Assembly: GCF_001564455.1 (NCBI RefSeq)
Contig: NZ_CP011391.1
Span: 2,091,391 to 2,115,390 of the forward strand
Direction of reading: 5' to 3'
Origin: Faecalibaculum rodentium
GTDB lineage: Bacteria; Bacillota_I; Bacilli_A; Erysipelotrichales; Erysipelotrichaceae
Length of the DNA: 24,000 nt
The notes below the pieces were generated by a model. The model was not told the DNA's origin, made no database searches, and saw only the letters and a program-made list of their open reading frames with translations. The position numbers and the translations under genes are program-made. Positions 1-8,797 of this stretch are shown here, piece after piece. Within the stretch, counting starts at the first letter, position 1; every line of letters begins with the position of its first letter.

Positions 1-323
1 TTATAAGGCTCGAACTCCGCCAGCAGGATATCGTGATCTCCCAGCAGCTGTTCGATCTCCGCAGACCGCAGGATCCCCTCCCGGCCCTGGAAATACCGCC
101 GATAGTGGGAAATCGAAACCACATCGCTCTCGTGGTCGTTTTTCCAGATCCAGTACAGCCCCGTCAGCTCACACCAGTTGGGATTCTTCGCCGAAATCTC
201 ATCCCCGGTGTTATCCCGCAGCCAACCCAGGTCCGGTCCGTTTCCCACTTGCAATGGTGTGTAGTCCGGCAGCTTTGGCGGCGTAAAGGCCTTGTGTGTG
301 ATGATATAGTTCGTGACTTTCAT
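1..323 (-). CDS. DUF4422-type putative glycosyltransferase, N-terminal 107 aa only (3' end runs off the window)
   Basis: Hand translation from ATG at 323..321 gives MKVTNYIITHKAFTPPKLPDYTPLQVGNGPDLGWLRDNTGDEISAKNPNWCELTGLYWIWKNDHESDVVSISHYRRYFQGREGILRSAEIEQLLGDHDILLAEFEPY, with no stop to position 1. It is collinear with the paralog at 3615..4394 (CELTGLYWxWKN, HYRR[YH]F). The ATG overlaps the upstream TGA (320..322) as ATGA. It is absent from the ORF track because there is no in-window stop. Confidence 0.7.
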   Translation of the reverse strand, partial: MKVTNYIITHKAFTPPKLPDYTPLQVGNGPDLGWLRDNTGDEISAKNPNWCELTGLYWIWKNDHESDVVSISHYRRYFQGREGILRSAEIEQLLGDHDILLAEFEPY

Positions 324-1522
324 GCCTCTGTCCCCTTTTCATCAGATGCCGATGATGGCTGACCGGCTTCGCTGTTATCCGACCGTATACCGGCTTCAGC
401 CGCTCGGTCCAGATAGAACTGTTCAAAGGCTCTGGCCGCTGCCTTGATTTCATATCCTGCTTCTGCAATCTCCTGAGTCGTATTGCGACGATGCAGGCGG
501 CTTTCATCGACCGTCTTCAGAATGGCGTTCGCCCAGATCTCCGGGGAAGATTCCAGGGGTATATACTGCGTCAGTTCCTTGAGCGGCAGCTCCCGGGCCA
601 CCGCTGTGGATGTGATCACCGGCAGACCCGTTGCCTGGGCTTCCACCCCGACCACCGGCAGACCTTCGAAGAAGGAAGGCAGGACAAAGACATCCATGGC
701 ATTCATCAATGCCGGGATGTCTTTTCGCAAGCCCAGGAACATTACGGAATCCTCCAGGCCCAGAGTCTTCACTTTGTCCCGGATCTCCGGTTCCAATTCG
801 CCGGCCCCTGCCAGCAGCAGGATTGCCTCTGGACTCTTCCGGTGCACCGCTGCAAAGATATCGATGAGAAAGGAATGGTTTTTCTGCAGGCTGAACCGTC
901 CCACGTGCCCCAGAACCGGGGTATTTTCCGGGATCCCCAGCAACTCTCTGGTTTTCTTTCGCAGCGCCGGGTCCAGCCTAAACCGGTCAGTATCCACCGC
1001 GTTGCGAATCACCGTATACCGCTGGTCCTGGATCACGGACTTCGGGAATTTCCATTCAGCCGCCAGATCCGAACAGGCGAGATAATCCGTGGGGTACTTC
1101 AGCAGATACGGAATGGATAGAGTCTTGATGACGTGATATTTCAGGTTTTTGAATCCCCCGCAGTGGGAGTGCACCACCCGGATTGGTACCTCTGCCTCTG
1201 CCGCCAGCTTCGCGCCTTCCATCAGGGCATAGGTGCTCCCGGAATGAATGTGCACAATGGGATAGGGATGCCTGGACAGGAAGTCCTGCACGGATTCCCG
1301 GAAGACCTTGTTGTTGTTTTCTCCGAAGGGATGATCATACGTGAATACCTGTCCGCCCATGGATTCGATCTCCGCCTTCAGGTCCGGATTGTCGCAGTTG
1401 AAGGGTGTCAGAAAATCCAGCTGCACCTTCTTGCGGTCCATGTTCCGGTACATGTTCATCAGGAAGCTTTCCTGACCGCCGTTGGCCATGGGTTCCCGGA
1501 AGACCTCCAGCACCCGGATCAT
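320..1522 (-). CDS. Glycosyltransferase, GT-B fold (GT4/GT1 family)
   Basis: 400-aa ORF. N-terminal MIRVLEVF..ANGGQESFLMNMY and C-terminal motifs (VGRFSLQKN, FVLPSFFEGLPVVGVEAQATGLPVI) are typical of GT4 retaining glycosyltransferases. ATG at 1522..1520 overlaps the GT2 stop as ATGA. Confidence 0.85.
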   Translation of the reverse strand: MIRVLEVFREPMANGGQESFLMNMYRNMDRKKVQLDFLTPFNCDNPDLKAEIESMGGQVFTYDHPFGENNNKVFRESVQDFLSRHPYPIVHIHSGSTYALMEGAKLAAEAEVPIRVVHSHCGGFKNLKYHVIKTLSIPYLLKYPTDYLACSDLAAEWKFPKSVIQDQRYTVIRNAVDTDRFRLDPALRKKTRELLGIPENTPVLGHVGRFSLQKNHSFLIDIFAAVHRKSPEAILLLAGAGELEPEIRDKVKTLGLEDSVMFLGLRKDIPALMNAMDVFVLPSFFEGLPVVGVEAQATGLPVITSTAVARELPLKELTQYIPLESSPEIWANAILKTVDESRLHRRNTTQEIAEAGYEIKAAARAFEQFYLDRAAEAGIRSDNSEAGQPSSASDEKGTEA

Positions 1523-2400
1523 TGTGCTTTCTCCACCCGGGGGTCAAAGGTCAGCCCTTCCCGGGATCCGGACCAGATGATGCCCAGCCGCTCCAGTTTG
1601 TGGTCCGGCGCCTTGATCAGCACCCGCGCAGAATGATAGAGGATTTTCGCTCCCTGGTACAGGATCCGGCTCCCCTTCTCTTTCTTCGCGATATAGACCT
1701 CATTGCGGTAGGCAAAGCGGTATCTGGGCAGTCTTGCAGCGGCATCGGTGGCAATGTTGGACCCTTCGTTGTTGGCAGTCTTGTGAATGACCGTGCTGGC
1801 CGGTACATACCAGCAGGGAAGCATCTTCGAGAGCCGCCTGGTGTACTCCACGTCATCCCCCCAGATGAAGAACTCGGAAATGGGCAGACCCGCTTTACGG
1901 ACAGCCGCAGCCCGCAGCAGAAGGGACACGAAAGTCGCCTGGCGGCAGCGCTGTGGCTTGTCGGCATCCAGGGCGCCTTCCAGCAGTTTCTGTTCGTTCA
2001 TCCGGCAGCGGGTTCCGTCTGTCCACAGCACCCGGGAGGACAGGAACCCGAAATCGGGATGGGCTTTGGCCACCCGCATAAGCTGTGTCAGGGAATCCGG
2101 CTGCACGATGCAGTCGTCGTCCATGATCCAGAAGTATTCATACTTCTGTTTCAGAGCTGTCTTCAGGGCAAAGTTGAACCCCCCTGCCCCTCCGAGGTTC
2201 GCTCCTGTATTGTGATAAATGATCACTCCCTGATCCACAAAGTCCTGCAGAGTATCCTGCGTTCCATCTGTGCTTGCATTGTCAATCACGATGATGTCAC
2301 ATGGGGTCTGGCTGCAGATTAGAGCTTTGATGCACTCCTTGAGCAGGTCCTTACGATTGTATGTGACAATCAACGCCGCCGTTTCAGCTGTGGATATCAT
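1519..2400 (-). CDS. Glycosyltransferase family 2 (GT-A fold)
   Basis: 293-aa ORF. It has LIVTYNRKDLLKECIKAL..IIVIDNASTDGT and FWIMDDDC (DxD-type) motifs. AAAGGAG RBS lies about 10 nt upstream of the ATG at 2400. Confidence 0.85.
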   Translation of the reverse strand: MISTAETAALIVTYNRKDLLKECIKALICSQTPCDIIVIDNASTDGTQDTLQDFVDQGVIIYHNTGANLGGAGGFNFALKTALKQKYEYFWIMDDDCIVQPDSLTQLMRVAKAHPDFGFLSSRVLWTDGTRCRMNEQKLLEGALDADKPQRCRQATFVSLLLRAAAVRKAGLPISEFFIWGDDVEYTRRLSKMLPCWYVPASTVIHKTANNEGSNIATDAAARLPRYRFAYRNEVYIAKKEKGSRILYQGAKILYHSARVLIKAPDHKLERLGIIWSGSREGLTFDPRVEKAQ

Positions 2401-3613
2401 TGGGCAGCATCTCCTTTCTTCTCTCAGTTAACTTGATATAACTGCCTCCAGCCAGAATAAATGGGTTATATAGTGGATTGATAAGCCGGACTTCCACGAA
2501 TGAGAAGAGCAGAATCACCACAAAGAAGGCCAGATACAACATGTCGTGGCGCCGATACAGATCCAGTACCACCTGACGACACCAGCTGAATACCAGCAGC
2601 AGGAAAATCAGACCATAGTTTAGCAGAATGTTCAGATAGGAACAATCGACATAGAGATATTGCATACCAGGCTTGTAAGTGATACCCTGACCTGCCCAGA
2701 CAATGCTCTGACCAAAAAAGGACAGGCCATACTTCTGCCAGGCTTCCGCTGCATTGGCAAGCCGCCCGGAGAGGATGTCGTTGAGTTTTCCCATGAATCC
2801 TGCGCCCTGGTACAGGCCAGCCAGCAGCATCGCAACGATGGTCAGGATCACCGGCAGCCAGAGAACGACTAGCTTCACCCACCGGTTTTCCAGCCAGTCA
2901 AGCCAGCTCGGTTTCTGCCACCAGGTCAAGGTAATGACAAGCACGAATATAGTAGTGAAGAATGCCATTTTTGTGTCGGTGAGAATGAACAGAGCCGTGG
3001 CCAGCTGCAGGAGGAAGACGAAGATCCAGCCATTGAGACGCTTTCGTTCCAGGTGTAGAAAGAGCATGGATGCAAACACAAACAGGACTGGGGCGCTGGT
3101 GACCCAGGTGAAGCCCAGGCTGTAGCGGATGCGTTCTGTGTCCATGATCACATTGGGAAACAGGCCCAGGGCTGCAAAGAGCGGTATCATGGTCAGTGTA
3201 GCGGTCTGGATGATGAGCACCACCCGGAACAGTGTCTTCCGGGGCAGCACTGCCATGGAGCCAACAGCGAGCATCAGAATCATGAATTCCGTACTGCGGG
3301 AAAAGAAAAAGACCAGTCCCGTCACAGCCAGGTAAATCACAAACGGCCAGAGGCGGTACTGTCTAAGTCCCAGGGCACAGAGAATGCACAACGCCATTGC
3401 CGCATAGGATGCATAGCGCAGAACTAGAAAGACGGTGTCATAAATCTGGTTATAGTATTCGGAGGCAGATTCAATGAGCATTACATTGCCCAGCCAGGAA
3501 GACCCCAGGAAAAGTGCCAGGACAGTGCAAAGAATCAGTACCTGGTACTGTCGATAAAAACAGCCAAACCCGGAATCAGCGAAGCGTTCTGTCAATGTCT
3601 CGAAAACTGTCAT
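2384..3613 (-). CDS. Polytopic membrane protein, probable polysaccharide polymerase (Wzy/O-antigen ligase-like)
   Basis: Very hydrophobic multi-TM ORF located between GTs and the flippase. I prefer the ATG at 3613 (MTVFETL...), which is preceded by AAGGGAG at good spacing, over the track start at 3631. The function call rests on context and topology only. Confidence 0.55.
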   Translation of the reverse strand: MTVFETLTERFADSGFGCFYRQYQVLILCTVLALFLGSSWLGNVMLIESASEYYNQIYDTVFLVLRYASYAAMALCILCALGLRQYRLWPFVIYLAVTGLVFFFSRSTEFMILMLAVGSMAVLPRKTLFRVVLIIQTATLTMIPLFAALGLFPNVIMDTERIRYSLGFTWVTSAPVLFVFASMLFLHLERKRLNGWIFVFLLQLATALFILTDTKMAFFTTIFVLVITLTWWQKPSWLDWLENRWVKLVVLWLPVILTIVAMLLAGLYQGAGFMGKLNDILSGRLANAAEAWQKYGLSFFGQSIVWAGQGITYKPGMQYLYVDCSYLNILLNYGLIFLLLVFSWCRQVVLDLYRRHDMLYLAFFVVILLFSFVEVRLINPLYNPFILAGGSYIKLTERRKEMLPNDIHS

Positions 3614-3614
3614 A

Positions 3615-4394
3615 TCAGAAGCTCCCTTCATACTTTTTTCCGAAGAATTTCGCTTTCAGAAACGCTGTCCCCTTCTTCACCCAGGGAACCGGTTCCATGG
3701 AAATCACAGGGACTTCTCTGTAAGTCAGGTGATTGGTGCTGATCCAGACGTCTAGGAGCAGTTCAGAAATTCGTCCAAACAGCCTGGCCTGAAACGCATC
3801 ATACCGCCGGTAATCTACTTCCTTCTGTAGCTGTTTTAATACCCCGAATAGAAATGTGCAGTACTTGTCTGCAAGCTCCTTTTTCATGATGAACATATTG
3901 AACATATGACTGGATGTGGATTTCAAATGCCGGTCAAAAGCCGGTAGATACTCGGGATACTTTCTGGCGATAATATCTCGGGTTTTATCCAGATCTTCTT
4001 TGTAGTGGGTATGAGCGTAATGATCCCCGACAGATTCTATATAATAGTGCCTCTTTTTGGGCAGGATGATATCCGTGTTCTCCAGCAGCTTTTCCACCTC
4101 TTTGGTGGTCAGGACCGAGTCAAAAGGTGTTTCTCCCTTGTGCTTACCCTTGAAATGACGTCGGTAATGAGCCAGGCCGATGTAGTCGGTCACCAGGTTC
4201 TTCCAGCCCCAGTACAACCCTGTCAATTCGCAATAGTAGGGATTCAGACTCGATATATTGTCCCCATCGTCATCCCGCTGATAGCCAATAGAGGTTTTGC
4301 CGGCTGCACCAACCTGAACAGGTAGATACATAGAATCACTGGGGATGGTATAGGGCTTGTGTGCGGCAGTAATAATTTTGATCAAAAAAATCAC
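3615..4394 (-). CDS. DUF4422-type putative glycosyltransferase
   Basis: 259-aa ORF with IITAAHKPY, CELTGLYWGWKN and HYRRHF. It is a paralog of the partial gene at 1..323. The track start is GTG (4394..4392), overlapping the flippase TGA as GTGA. An alternative TTG at 4385 sits 6 nt after GAGGTGA. Confidence 0.8.
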   Translation of the reverse strand: MIFLIKIITAAHKPYTIPSDSMYLPVQVGAAGKTSIGYQRDDDGDNISSLNPYYCELTGLYWGWKNLVTDYIGLAHYRRHFKGKHKGETPFDSVLTTKEVEKLLENTDIILPKKRHYYIESVGDHYAHTHYKEDLDKTRDIIARKYPEYLPAFDRHLKSTSSHMFNMFIMKKELADKYCTFLFGVLKQLQKEVDYRRYDAFQARLFGRISELLLDVWISTNHLTYREVPVISMEPVPWVKKGTAFLKAKFFGKKYEGSF

Positions 4395-5845
4395 CTCGGT
4401 TTCTCACATGTTTTTAATAATTTATTCACAACGCTCATGACAATAGACTCTCGGCAGATCAGCAGTGTCAGCACGCAAGTTCCAAAAAACAACAAGGCGC
4501 TGACAGCCAGCTGCCAGAACAGGCTGGAAAGCTGCAATCCTCTCAATCCCCATAATACGAGACTGCCAGCGAAAATCATCAGGATGAGCTCTTTGAACTC
4601 GATGGTCTGAATGATGGATGTCAGCAGTTTACGTAGATACCAGAACTGAAGCAGTGTGACAGCAAACTCCGCACAAAGTGTACCGATGGCTGCGCCAGAA
4701 GCTCCGAGAGATGGTATGAGCAGCAGGTTAAGCAGAAAGTCTACTACTGCTCCGAATATTACAGAGCGAAGTACCAGTATTTCCTTCCCGGTGGGGACTA
4801 GAACCTGAATCCCGGTAATGTTGGAGAGACCGATAAAGACAATGGTGGGCATGAGAATGATCATCGGTGCCACTGCAGGCAGATAGCCCGGTCCTGATAA
4901 AAACTCCACCACCGGTCTGGCATAGACAGAAAAGTAAATGCAGCAAGGGATGGAAAACAGTAGTACAAAGGAGAAGGCCTTTGATACCAGTGACAGGAAT
5001 TCTTTCTCTTTTCCCTGCTCATAATAATAGGAGAGTCTGGGCAGTAGTACAGTCCCCAGCGAGGTCACCAGTGTGACCAGAATGGTCTTGATCTTGATGG
5101 CTGCGTTGTAGTATCCCACCACTTCGTTATCCTTTATGACTCCCAGCATCACCGTATCAAGGTTTGTATAGACGGTGGTTGCAACAGACATGAAAAAGAA
5201 GGTGAAGATGGGATACAAGTGCCGTCGAAAATTCCAGGGTCTGCAGGGATGTAGATTAACCAGTTTCCGCAAGCGAATGAAGTTGAACACAGCTGATCCA
5301 AAGGAAGATATAACTGTGACCAATCCGTACCAGAGTACATCCCCGGAATTACGGACAAGCAGAAACATGAGAGCCAGCCCCAGGGCCTTGAAGAGTACTG
5401 ATACAAATGTGATGTAGGAATACTCTTCCAAGGCCTGGTATACCCAGTTCACGCCGATAACATTCAATAAAATAGCCGCTGAACAGATGGTGTAGAGGGT
5501 GGATTCTTCCCTGAATGTCGGTACGAACCACAAGAGGAGAAAGAATGCTGTATAGGAAATGAGCGCCATGATCAGGTTAATAATCAGCAGTTCCTGAACC
5601 GTTTTAGATAATTTTTCTTTATTATCCCGGACCTGGGCACATGCCCGGATCCCGTATGATGGTACTCCTAACATTGCAACCATGGTAAAGTAGGAAATCA
5701 ATGAGGTGCCCATCGCTACTGCCCCCGTACCGTTGGGTCCTAAAATCCGCGAAACGTAAGGGAAAGTTATAAGTGGGAATAAGACCGAAGAAGCAGTTAA
5801 AAAAAAGTTCATAAAGAAGTTCAATGCTATTGATTTATTTTTCAT
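4391..5845 (-). CDS. Oligosaccharide flippase, MOP/Wzx family (polysaccharide biosynthesis protein)
   Basis: 484-aa polytopic ORF. The N-terminal FPYVSRILGPNGTGAV motif is typical of Wzx-like proteins. ATG at 5845..5843 has no obvious SD upstream and lies 13 nt after the acyltransferase stop. Confidence 0.85.
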   Translation of the reverse strand: MKNKSIALNFFMNFFLTASSVLFPLITFPYVSRILGPNGTGAVAMGTSLISYFTMVAMLGVPSYGIRACAQVRDNKEKLSKTVQELLIINLIMALISYTAFFLLLWFVPTFREESTLYTICSAAILLNVIGVNWVYQALEEYSYITFVSVLFKALGLALMFLLVRNSGDVLWYGLVTVISSFGSAVFNFIRLRKLVNLHPCRPWNFRRHLYPIFTFFFMSVATTVYTNLDTVMLGVIKDNEVVGYYNAAIKIKTILVTLVTSLGTVLLPRLSYYYEQGKEKEFLSLVSKAFSFVLLFSIPCCIYFSVYARPVVEFLSGPGYLPAVAPMIILMPTIVFIGLSNITGIQVLVPTGKEILVLRSVIFGAVVDFLLNLLLIPSLGASGAAIGTLCAEFAVTLLQFWYLRKLLTSIIQTIEFKELILMIFAGSLVLWGLRGLQLSSLFWQLAVSALLFFGTCVLTLLICRESIVMSVVNKLLKTCEKPR

Positions 5846-5858
5846 AATAATTTATATA

Positions 5859-6954
5859 CTAAGGCACTAAAGGCTTGAATATCCGGATTTTTCTTAGTAG
5901 ATTGATTAATAAGATAGAAATAAAAATAATTAACCAAGGACCAATGAGTCGCCACCAAATTGACGTTTGACTGATGTCCATGAAATGCAATAAACCTAGA
6001 AGAACTAGCTGATGAAGTAAATAGATACCAAAAGTATATGGCCTGAACCATTCAGAAAATCTAATAATTGCTAATTGAATTCTATTTTTTCTATTTTGGC
6101 ACTTGTTATAGATCTGTCGAATCAGTATAAAAACAGCAATAGACTGAAGATAGCAAGGGAGATTGTAATAGCCTTTGAAAGTCTCTACAATGTGATTCGC
6201 ATTTATTGATAAGTAGTAAGTTGGAATTAGTTGCATAATAAACCCTATTGTACCCAATATATAAAGTACAATTCTTGTTCTTTTTCTTATGCTGTAATTA
6301 CCAATTAAATATCCTATTATAAAATATAGATAATAGTTTGCAGATACAGGCATCAACTGAGATACAGAGATTTCAGAAAAAATGTATTACAAATAAATAC
6401 AGCTACAACATTCAGCAAGAATCCCAAAACTGCAAGATATTCAAAAACATGCTTCCTGGATGCATTGGATATATTGGAGAATAACGGAACTGTTATGCAG
6501 ATAGTAAAATAAGGAATGAAAAACCAATATACACTCACTAAGTTTCCATTAATTAGACCATCAATTATTACAGGGAAAGTAATTTCTAAGAGAGGAAACC
6601 ATTCTAATACTATACTTTGATAATAAACGCCTAATACACTCCAAAAAAAATAAGGAATTAATACTTTCATTGCCCGATTCCTCAAGAATCTCTTTGTTCC
6701 ATTCCTTTCTATACTTGGAATCAAAGTTATACCGGAAATCATAAAAAAATTGGAACAGCCCAATAGAGAACTGTTTCAATTATATTTGCTGTCATCCAAT
6801 ATCGAGCTTTCGGATCAAAATCCCAGAAGCATGTATTCACATGCAGATATACAACAGCTATAGCAGCTGCTACACTTAAAAAATCCACAGTCTTATCAAA
6901 ATTTGTGAGGTGTTGGTTCAGCATCTTATCCTTATAATATTCCATAAAAATCAC
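5859..6954 (-). pseudogene. Acyltransferase family 3 (O-acyl/acetyltransferase) gene split into three frames
   Basis: Fragments 6954..6739, 6763..6353 and 6356..5859 (71+136+165 aa) together make one typical 10-TM acyltransferase_3 protein of about 370 aa. Adding one T at the A7/T7 run (6743..6749) restores the conserved AVPIFFMISGITL. Adding one T at the A6/T6 run (6377..6382) joins the last two pieces as ..NTFFSEISVSQLMPVSANYY... Confidence 0.7.
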
Positions 6955-6983
6955 TCTTATCTTTTGACAATTGCGGTATCAAG

Positions 6984-8441
6984 TCACCGCAAGAAATTAT
7001 CTATGTAGTAATTGCTAGGAGAATACAACATGGTGTCCAGTTTTTCCAAACCATACTGTTCAACTAGGGAGTCCTCGGTTTTAAATAGATCCGTTCCCAA
7101 TCCTAATCTCTCCGAATCATACTGAACTCCCAAGGCACTCAAAGTCGTTGGAAACATATCCAAAGCGATAAACTCTCTTGAATCGCTTCTCTGAGGTATG
7201 GTCGCCGAATTAAGAATAGTATAATAAATCGATCTTTTAAAGTCTGAGTCAATTTTTTTTGACCATTCGTCATCCATTGTCAAATGATCACCAACGAGAA
7301 TAATTGTTGTATTAGGATACCACTCTTGAGTCTCACACCATTTCACAAACGAATAGACTCGTTTATCAGAACAGCGGATTACATTGGAATATTGGCTGTC
7401 TTCAGTCTGCTCGCAATCCGGACACAAATATCCATCATAAAAATGAGTATCTGCGGTCAAAATTGTCAGGTTGAATGGTTGCTTATTTTTTAAATCAGAC
7501 AAGATGTTTTTGGCATAATCAAACAGCTTTTTATCCTCAAAGCCCCAGTTTTCCCAATACTCTTGTGAAATCAGGCCGTGATTCTTTGCCCAATACACAT
7601 CTTTGATATCGTAGTCCCCATGACTTTTGAAGTAGGTGCTTCGGCTGGAATAATTTGCATCGGATCCAAGCAGGAACATATTAGTATATCCGTTGTCTTC
7701 CAGAATATTCCCTAACGCATAGGCGCCAGGAATCACAGTAGCATTTGGATCAAAGTCATCCTGTGCTCTGAAACTCTTGATATTGATCCCTGCAGTCTGT
7801 GCTACAAGAGATCCCATTGTCCATCCCATGGCTCCCGAAGCCATGAACGAGGATCCTGCTCCAAAGTTTATCCCTTCTTTTCTCAGACGAGATAGATTAG
7901 GTATCAAACTTTTTTCAAAATCCCCTCCATTATTGATGTCATCATAAGTCTGCTCCATCGATTCCATATATATATAGATCAAATTCCGCTTCTGCTCTGG
8001 AAATGAAAAATGAACAGTTTTAGGATCAACATAATAATCCTGGTAAATTGTACCTGACCCCTGTTGTGCAGTCAGATAAGGACCTATTTTTGAAGCTTTG
8101 AATAAGTAGAATGAAGATAACGAGAAACAAAGCACAACGATAATCGTTGAGATTAATATTTTCTTATTATTCTGAGTTGTGAATACTGTTTTATACAAAC
8201 CCCAAAATAATAGAACTGTACTTATTATCGGTAAAACCACACACCAGAAAATGCCCTTCATCACTATTTTTTTGTCAGCATTCCCTAATGGCTGAGCAAG
8301 ATTAAATAGTATTTGTTCAAACGATACGTTGGCAAAATTAGATTGCAGATAAAACCCACTAAAGAAAAAAAGGCAAGTCAATAGAATTAAAATAACAGAA
8401 ATTATAATAACGACATATCTTTTCCATTTGTTTTGTCTCAT
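6984..8441 (-). CDS. LTA synthase / sulfatase-family (alkaline phosphatase superfamily) membrane protein, probable phosphoglycerol or similar transferase
   Basis: N-terminal TM helices are followed by an extracytoplasmic sulfatase-like domain (NLIYIYMESMEQTY, GWTMGSLVAQTAG, TADTHF, ILVGDHL). The track start at 8480 is TTG. The first ATG is at 8441 (MRQNKWKRY...). Confidence 0.8.
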   Translation of the reverse strand: MRQNKWKRYVVIIISVILILLTCLFFFSGFYLQSNFANVSFEQILFNLAQPLGNADKKIVMKGIFWCVVLPIISTVLLFWGLYKTVFTTQNNKKILISTIIVVLCFSLSSFYLFKASKIGPYLTAQQGSGTIYQDYYVDPKTVHFSFPEQKRNLIYIYMESMEQTYDDINNGGDFEKSLIPNLSRLRKEGINFGAGSSFMASGAMGWTMGSLVAQTAGINIKSFRAQDDFDPNATVIPGAYALGNILEDNGYTNMFLLGSDANYSSRSTYFKSHGDYDIKDVYWAKNHGLISQEYWENWGFEDKKLFDYAKNILSDLKNKQPFNLTILTADTHFYDGYLCPDCEQTEDSQYSNVIRCSDKRVYSFVKWCETQEWYPNTTIILVGDHLTMDDEWSKKIDSDFKRSIYYTILNSATIPQRSDSREFIALDMFPTTLSALGVQYDSERLGLGTDLFKTEDSLVEQYGLEKLDTMLYSPSNYYIDNFLR

Positions 8442-8797
8442 AATTTCCACTATACAACCTGATTTCCAGAATATATCCAAAAAGTGACTTCTTATTTTTT
8501 ACTGTTTCTTTTAACTCGTAGAATATCATTGTTTTTATAATTTCATTTATTAAAATCGTTATATGTTAGATATAGTTACAAAGTTATATCAGTCAGGTCT
8601 AAGAGAAGGAAAAAGAGAATCGAAACAAGTGAAGGAAATATCTTAAATAGAACTGACTATTCCGATAACCTTTAGAATATTTATATTTAACAATATTATC
8701 ATTAATGCACTGATTAAAGTGTTATTTTATACTGTCAGACCGCTTATTTGATATAGAGCGAAATTTGCAATTTTTCAGTCTTTCACACTATCTCAGT

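Noticed and set aside
33-362. 109-aa plus-strand ORF at the left edge.
   Set aside because: The opposite strand reads through the same bases as a clean DUF4422 N-terminus, with an ATGA-coupled start at 323. The plus-strand product has no recognisable features.
5842-6779. Out-of-frame small ORFs 5842..6051 and 6561..6779 within the acyltransferase region.
   Set aside because: They are alternative frames of the frameshifted acyltransferase-3 gene. The three fragments I retained reconstruct the family-typical sequence, and these two do not.
8442-8480. N-terminal extensions in the ORF track that begin at non-ATG codons: TTG at 8480, 11731 and 11830. Long upstream extensions also occur at 14741 and 16690.
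   Set aside because: In each case a downstream ATG has a much better SD and spacing, or gives the family-typical N-terminus. I trimmed the features accordingly, except the helicase, whose start remains ambiguous.
8481-8797. Short AT-rich inverted repeats (for example TTAAATA...TATTTAA at 8643-8689) as possible invertible-promoter or phase-variation switch ends upstream of the low-GC polysaccharide genes.
   Set aside because: 7-bp A/T-only repeats are expected by chance in DNA this AT-rich. No recombinase is nearby and no longer flanking inverted repeats were found.
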